Under the pieces are notes generated by a model. It searched no databases. It saw only the letters and a list, made by a program, of their open reading frames with translations, and was not told the origin of the DNA. This document shows positions 57,000 through 64,000 of a stretch of DNA of 64,000 bases, in pieces. Location of the stretch: contig OX597825.1 in NCBI GenBank assembly GCA_951406725.2, positions 13,144,001 through 13,208,000 of the forward strand, read 5' to 3'. Within the stretch, counting starts at the first letter, position 1, and each line of letters begins with the position of its first letter. Origin of the DNA: Octopus vulgaris (lineage: Eukaryota). The position numbers were made by a program, and so were the translations under genes.

Positions 57000-57322
57000 A
57001 ATCCTTTCTACTAGAGACACAAGGGCTGAAATTTGGGGGGAGGGGCCAGACGATTAACTGGTATGTAACTGGTACTTAATCTATCGATGCCGAAAGGATA
57101 AAAGGCAAAGTCGACTTCGGCGGAATTTGAACCCAGAACGTAAAGACAGACGAAATACCTATTTCTATTTCTTTACTGTCCACAAGGGGCTAAACACAGA
57201 GGGGACAAACAAGACTTAATCCGTTTGTCTGTCCCTGTTTGTCCCCTCTGTGTGTAGCCCCTTGTGGGCAGTAAAGAAATAAGAATTTGAACACAGAACC
57301 TAAAGACGGAATAGATGCCGCT
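57000..57322. mobile_element. Family C composite with tail-to-tail inversion (57167-57281)
   Basis: Minus-strand unit joined to a plus-strand tail 1, forming a hairpin with about 50 bp arms. Confidence 0.8.
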
Positions 57323-57806
57323 AAATAATCATAATAACGCACGACACAGCGAACTAAACAAAGAGAATACTACAATTTTTTATGTGTAAAAAGCAATATG
57401 TTCAAAGAATAAGTCTGACGTTTCAATATATTTCTCTTATACCAAACATATAGAAAGTTTTTTGTTACATTTTAAGTGTTGTTTTGCAGCTATATTATAG
57501 AATATAGAAAGTTTGTTGTGATATTTTAAGAGATTTGTTTTCCGAAAGTTGCTATACGATACGAGCAAAAAGTTTGTTGTTATATTTGATCAACAAGTTT
57601 GTTGCAAGTGTATTCAGAAACGAAATTCTATAGTTTGTGTTTATACTGAGCGAGAAGTTAGAGTGTATGCTAAAATATCATTCTAGGACACAGAAATATG
57701 TTCTTACAGGTTTCCTACAGCATTATTGTGATATCTCTTCAACAAATCCTGAACAAGTACTTGTAATCGCTGTAAAAGTTCTTATTTATAAACACATATA
57801 GACTCT

Positions 57807-58360
57807 GGTGAAGGCCCTTGGCTCTGTGATTAGAGCCTCGGGCTCACAATCATAAGGTAATCGAGTTCGATTCCCGGACTAGGCTGTGTGTTGTGTTCTT
57901 GAGCAAGACACTTTATTTCATGTTGCTCCAGTTCACTCATCTGTAGAAATGAGTTGCAAGGGAAGTCTGGTACGCATGGGCGACTGCTGGTCATTCATAA
58001 ACAACCTTGCCCGGGCTTGTGCCTCGGAGCATAGCAATCTAGGTACAATTCCATGGTCATTCATGACCAAAGGAGGTCTTTATCCTATATATTCTCAGAC
58101 CAGGCTGTGTGTTGTGTTCTTGAGCAAAACACTTAATTTCACGTAGTTCCAAGTCACTCAGCTGTAGAAATGAATTGCGACGTCGCTGGTGTCGAGCTGC
58201 ATCGACGTTTGCTTTTCCCTTGGATGACATCGGTGGCGTGGAGAGGAGAGGCTGGTATGTATGGGCAACTGCTGGTCTTCCATATATAACAGTGCCCGGA
58301 CTTGTGCCTCGGAGTAAGTTTAAGTGCCATCCCATGGTCATTCATGACTGAAGGGATCTT
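57807..58360 (+). mobile_element. SINE family D, two tandem copies
   Basis: Homology to 6284-6625; the second copy lacks the tRNA head. Confidence 0.85.
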
Positions 58361-59160
58361 TATAGGCTCTAAACTACTAACTAAAGGTAAAACGGTTAAA
58401 TTCAGCGGCAAATACAGTTTAGGACCATATGATAGTGTCCAGATATGATGTCACAGGAGCTAAATGTATCCTACATCCGCAACTGGTTTTTCATATAGAG
58501 TTAAAATCTCTCTAAACTTGAAACAGATGATTCACATCAGAGGTTGCACGTAATCGCAAAACCAAGCCCGCAGCGGTTCCTAAAGTCGTATTTCGAAATC
58601 CGCTGCAGTAACTGATTGGTTGCTACCGTCACTGACACTTGTTCCTCCCCACCCCCACTAAATCACGTGTCACTTATCATGTGACACGTTGGTTCCAAGT
58701 TTGGCATATTTTTTTTGAATTGCATGGGAAAAATCAGAGGCAGTCGAGCCCTGTTGTAACATTTTACCCTTGAATTTTGGTTGAAGATCACAAAAGCGAC
58801 AATCATAATAAACAAAATGGATTTGTGCAGCTGGGCGCTCCGGGACACTGCAAGTCTTTCGTGCGAAAAAAGCATTTATTTTTTTTGTTGTTTTTGTGTC
58901 TGAACAGCCATTTTGGGAATATATAGCTTGGAAAGAGCATGATAGCTATCCTCACGCGTACGCATATAGAGTCACACACACACACACACACACACATATC
59001 CGCGCCCACATACAAAGCTATGGGTATACAACAGCTAGTTATATTTCATTCTTTTCGATATAATACGAATAATAAATATTCGGGGAATTTTTCTTAGTTC
59101 AGGAAAATTTAGAATTAATAGTATTGTATAGTAGACAGTTTCACATATCTGGGTCCATGT

Positions 59161-59209
<49 letters not shown>

Positions 59210-59348
59210 AAAGTTCATCAACAATTTAGATTCAAATGAATATGGTACTTAATTTAGATGCACCAGAATTTTGTATGGTGTTATCCATAAAAATTTGCGG
59301 GGTGATTATATATATATATATATATATATACCCATTTTGTATAATTTC

Positions 59349-59394
<46 letters not shown>

Positions 59395-59543
59395 CGGAGA
59401 AATTATTCAAAATTGGTAAGTTGATGATGAGTAAAATACCAGTACAGTTTCGAATACCTGTTATTATCCATAGACTTACAGGAACTTCACAGTATATATG
59501 TATATGTGTGTGTATGTGTGTGTATGTATATATGGATATATGT

Positions 59544-59592
<49 letters not shown>

Positions 59593-59693
59593 ACTAGAAG
59601 TAGGACTAGATAGATAGATAGATATATAGGTATACATATCTATGTATACACATGCTCACACACATACAAGTAAGTACATATCAGTGCTTACAT

Positions 59694-59724
<31 letters not shown>

Positions 59725-59788
59725 GTGTTTAGTTTAGCAGCTTCTCCTTCATTGCATACATACGTGTGTATATCTACACACCCACACA

Positions 59789-59834
<46 letters not shown>

Positions 59835-60049
59835 CTCACGGACGCACACACACCTATGTATAGACATAAGTACAGTCTGAATTTCTAAAATTTCTGCCTC
59901 CCCATTAACCAACAAATGTAGCATATTAAGTGTTTTACACTTCAGTTTACACAATATTCCCCTTCACTGTTTATAATCTTCATTTACTTTTCAGTTGCCT
60001 CCTTTGCCTTCTCACTTCTTGTACGCCATTTTCTTTTTATTTTCCCAGC

Positions 60050-60740
60050 GTGTTTTCTGCCGCTACGAAGCCATATATTACATATTCCTCAGGGTTCAAT
60101 TTTGACAGCAGATATCCCACCCACCATCTTAATAAATAGAAGAGTTGAAAGATGATCGTTTTGAATCCGTACGCGGTTGAGGCGATATGCATAAATTCAT
60201 ACAACACAAGATTCTTTCACTTTTCACGTTCTGCTGTTGACACCGGAATATATGTTATTACAGCCGCTAGCAACTGCTGAAAATGTGCAGAAACTATTTT
60301 CCTTTCAGATACCTTAAATTCTCTGTATGCTCTCATAATCAACAAGCCATTGGAACCAAACCGTTTTACTACTTTTGGGGCATCATTACGCTTAAACATA
60401 AAAATAATAAGATTAAAGGAATTACCTGTAATGTAGTTAATATCTGAATATTTTGGCTGGTTAATTGACTTTAACATACATCATGGGGAGTTGTCGTAAT
60501 TTCCTGGGAGTGGATTACATATCAGTAACCAAACTCTTCAAAGATAGTTGATGTAGTCTTGGTATTTTACCATTCCTGTAAATTTATCTCTTTATACAGC
60601 ATCTGATTCGTTTCTTTCAGCTCTTTGAGTGAAATATTCTTCCCGGCTTTCTTATTTGACATTCAAGACCCATATTAGCTTATTTAAGTTCTTCGCGTAT
60701 TTTTGCCAAGTCTACCATTTACCCTCTGTAGTTCGAATGG
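60050..60740 (-). pseudogene. hAT transposase C-terminal (dimerisation domain) remnant
   Basis: QQLLAAVITYIPVSTAERE then frameshifted CMNL..SP...FIKMVG...NPEEYV...LRSGRKHA, matching the hAT IPxSTAECERxFS pattern. Confidence 0.7.
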
Positions 60741-60759
60741 CAGTAAGAAAACATTACCA

Positions 60760-61220
60760 CAGGCACATGCGTGACTCTGTGGTATGAAGCTTGCTTCCCT
60801 ACCAGTTAGTTCGGAGTTCAGACCCACTGCGTGGCCCATTGGTCAAGTGTCTTTTATCATAACATCGGGTTCACCAAAGCCGTGTGAGTAGGTTTCGTAG
60901 ACGGAAATTAAAAGAAGCGTGTCGTATGTGTGTGCGTGAGTGTGTATGTGCGTGTATATGTGTGTGTATGCGTGTGCGTGCGTGTTTGTGTGTGTCCCTA
61001 TTTTTGAATTTGTTCTCACCGTCACTTGACAACCAGTCTTGGTGCGTTTACGTCCCTGTAAATTTACCGTTCGGCAAAAGAGACCGATAGAATAAGTGGC
61101 AGGCTTTCAAAAAAAAAAAAAAAACAGTACTAGAGTTGATTCATTCGACTAGAAATTATTCAAGGTGGTGCCCCAGTATGGCCGCAGTCTAATGACTAAA
61201 AGCGGTAAAAGATAAAAGGT
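60760..61220 (+). mobile_element. Older SINE family A copy
   Basis: Diverged homology to 178-620. Confidence 0.82.
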
Positions 61221-62268
61221 AAATTCCGTATCTACAAATTTTAAATTATTTCCTAAAGTTAAGGGTTCAAGCACTTTGTTAACCTGCTCCAAAATTAATG
61301 CCCTTTCTGGACTAGATCTTGAAGAGAGACTGTTCGCTCTTCTAAAATGATACCAAATAAATTTATTCGACTGAACTACTGATTTTATTTTTTTTCTACA
61401 CTAAGCAAAAGATCAAAATTTTGGGGTTGCGGGTCAGTCGATTAGATCGAGCCTAGTATGCAACTGGTACTTGATTTATCGACTCCGAAAGGATAAAAAG
61501 CAAAGTCGACTTCTGAACACAGAACGCGTGTTAACTTTTTTGCCAGCTCGCCTCCTTCAGAATAGTAGATATTTTTCTACTCTAGGCACATGGCTCAAAA
61601 TTTTGGTGGAGGGGGCTCGTCGATTGGATCGATCCCAGTACGATCCCAGGCAAAATCGGCCTTGGTTGAATTTGAACACAGAAACTAAAGACAGACGAAA
61701 TACCACGAAGCATTTCGCCCGCTGTGCTAACAATTCTACCAGCTCGCTACCTTACTACTGCTTCTATTGTTCGGTAAACCATCTCACGCTGTCAGCACAT
61801 CGACAGTGACTGAACATAGAGTGTGAAATTAATCTATCTGAATTCCTTGGTGATTCATACTTGCAACTTCATTCATAGCTTCGCCTACACTAAATTCAAA
61901 CCTGTGGCTGGTACAGTATCAAACAGTTACATTAACAAAAACATCAAGGAATACTTTTCCAGCTCTGGAGTTTCTTTCTAATATTATGGATAATTTCATC
62001 AGTGACAAATGATATTTTTTAATCACCGCATTCTTAGCAGTTTAGAAGACCGTCGGATATATATTTTATATTTGCACCAAGTTTAAAACGTTCTAATCCA
62101 AAATGAAATAATATAGATCAGGAAGATTCGCCAACTCAAAGACTCGAAAGTTTAGGTTGTCTGGAAACGATACTCTTTTTACTATTGTCTTTCGCATTCT
62201 AAAACTTAGATGTTTTTATTCTTCCTCATCTCTCAACCTTTCTCTCTCACTCTGAAACACGCACACAC

Positions 62269-62320
<52 letters not shown>

Positions 62321-62323
<3 letters not shown>

Positions 62324-62623
62324 TGTATTTTTACCTTGTTAACAATTAACACGGAAAAATAAATAAATAGTTACCAGGGCAGCAAAAACCTCTCAAGTAA
62401 AGGTGTTTAAAGAATATTAATAGCGTTCTGTCTATCGCTATACAAATCCATAATTTTTTGCTAAAATGTCTTATTGACGAGTTTCGTTTTTTCACTTTCC
62501 TGAAGAGAAGATTGCATTGTTTATACCATTTATTATTTTGAATAGTATCAGTGGAATTTTCGAAACATGTGTCGAAAGTAAAAATATTTGATTACACCTG
62601 CGTTAACTCCATTGTTTTTTATT

Positions 62624-62626
<3 letters not shown>
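62321..62626 (+). mobile_element. About 305 bp (TA)n-embedded pLTR/retrozyme-like unit
   Basis: Unique segment bounded by two long (TA)n tracts and containing an intact hammerhead. Confidence 0.7.
62494..62579 (+). ncRNA. Type-I hammerhead ribozyme with canonical core and long stem II
   Basis: ACTTTC-CTGAAGA-GAAGATTGCATTG...CAGTGGAATTTTC-GAAAC-ATGT-GTC-GAAAGT. Confidence 0.8.
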
Positions 62627-62689
<63 letters not shown>

Positions 62690-62922
62690 CAGAGAGAGAG
62701 AGATACATACATATAGATATTACATAAAGAGATAAATTAACGCAGATATAGATAATACATACATACATCGTTTTTTTCCTCTCTTCATTTGTTTTCTATT
62801 TTTATTACTTTCGAAAGGCCAATGCATCTTCTACTTTTCCTGAGGGTCAAGCTAACACATCTTGGTTACTGTTACCTCGCCGGTCTTTGTCTTTTTGTAC
62901 AATTTTGAAATACATACATACA

Positions 62923-62956
<34 letters not shown>

Positions 62957-63221
62957 CATACATACATTCATACAAAGCTGTACTGTCTGAAGTAAGAAAA
63001 CAGCGTAAAACCTTGTAACAGTATGGCTTGACTATAAGAAGGCATTCGACTCTATCCCTCATTCATGGCTTTTGAAGTGTCTACATCTGGCAAAGGTACC
63101 TACCACTCTAATTACTGTTATAGAGAGACTCACAAAGACATGGACAATAATTCACACCCTTCCAATTGAGAACAGAATAATTGCTTGATACTATAGGCAT
63201 TTCAAAGGGAATATTCTAGGG

Positions 63222-63620
63222 AGTATCGTGAAAGAGGTCAGCTGCCCTGCAGATATAAATATGTCTTTGAAAATCAAAGAAAAAGAGGATATCTATGGTC
63301 AACTGCTTCGAAACCTCAAGCTTCTATATCCGAAATGTGAATTCATATCCATACCAATAAAAATTGGAGCACTGGGTTTTATTAGTAAATGTTTAAATGA
63401 GAATCTGGATAAACCGATTTTCAGAAAGAGAAATTGACCGGCTGATTCCCACAAGTGCAATCAGTGAGTGGAACCGTAAAAATATGCAAGACTTTTCTGA
63501 AGTTCCAAATGTGAACTTGTCTGTGTAAACTACATAACAAAGACGGAGCCTTGTATATTTGTTGGAAACCGGTTCCCTCCTCTGTGGAAGATTTAAAATA
63601 ATTATAAAAGATAGAAGAGG
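63222..63620 (+). mobile_element. 3' end of an RLE-type non-LTR retrotransposon (R4/Dong/NeSL-like)
   Basis: EVSCPADINMSLKIKEKEDIYGQLLRNLKLLYPKCEFISIPIKIGALG.../SVSGTVKICKTFLKFQM* fits a restriction-like endonuclease C-terminus; ends at (TACA)/(TA) repeats. Confidence 0.8.
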
Positions 63621-63641
63621 CATACATATATACAAACATAC

Positions 63642-63731
<90 letters not shown>

Positions 63732-64000
63732 TTTCCAGTTTTTTACTTTTCTTATTTCCCGTTTTTCATTTTGTTCACGTTTTTTGACATCCAATACACA
63801 TATATACATGTATATATACACATATGTGTTGGTATGTACATATATGTATAGGGAATACAAAGGAGTGACAGAGAGAGAGAGAGAGAAATGGAAAGACAAG
63901 AAAAGGCGTCAACAAGAAACTATGGCATTACAACCAGCCAGGAACAGTCTTTGCTACATTTGCGGTACCTGCCAGAGGGAGTGTTTGTCCAGGATAGGAC

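Overview
AT-rich, microsatellite-saturated eukaryotic non-coding DNA. The SINE families and repeat style resemble an octopus (coleoid cephalopod) genome, which is an inference from repeat content. No intact protein-coding gene is supported, and almost all ORF-track entries are translations of (TA)n, (CA)n, (TATC)n or trinucleotide tracts. The window holds about 40 copies or fragments of four tRNA-derived SINE families, decayed Tc1/mariner (including a maT/DD37D-like copy), hAT, RLE-type LINE and Helentron-like remnants. The most interesting layer is a set of small non-coding, Penelope-like or retrozyme-like insertions, many inside (TA)n tracts and many with an inverted copy of their own end. 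Several carry minimal type-I hammerhead ribozyme motifs. These include a family with a compensatory G3-C8 core swap (GUGAACA), a tRNA-headed SINE with a hammerhead tail, and a clean canonical hammerhead at 62494-62579. A SINE that appears to target a motif in its own head, a 413-bp perfect direct-repeat element in (TA)n, and several long palindromes were also seen. All folds were done by eye and no searches were run.
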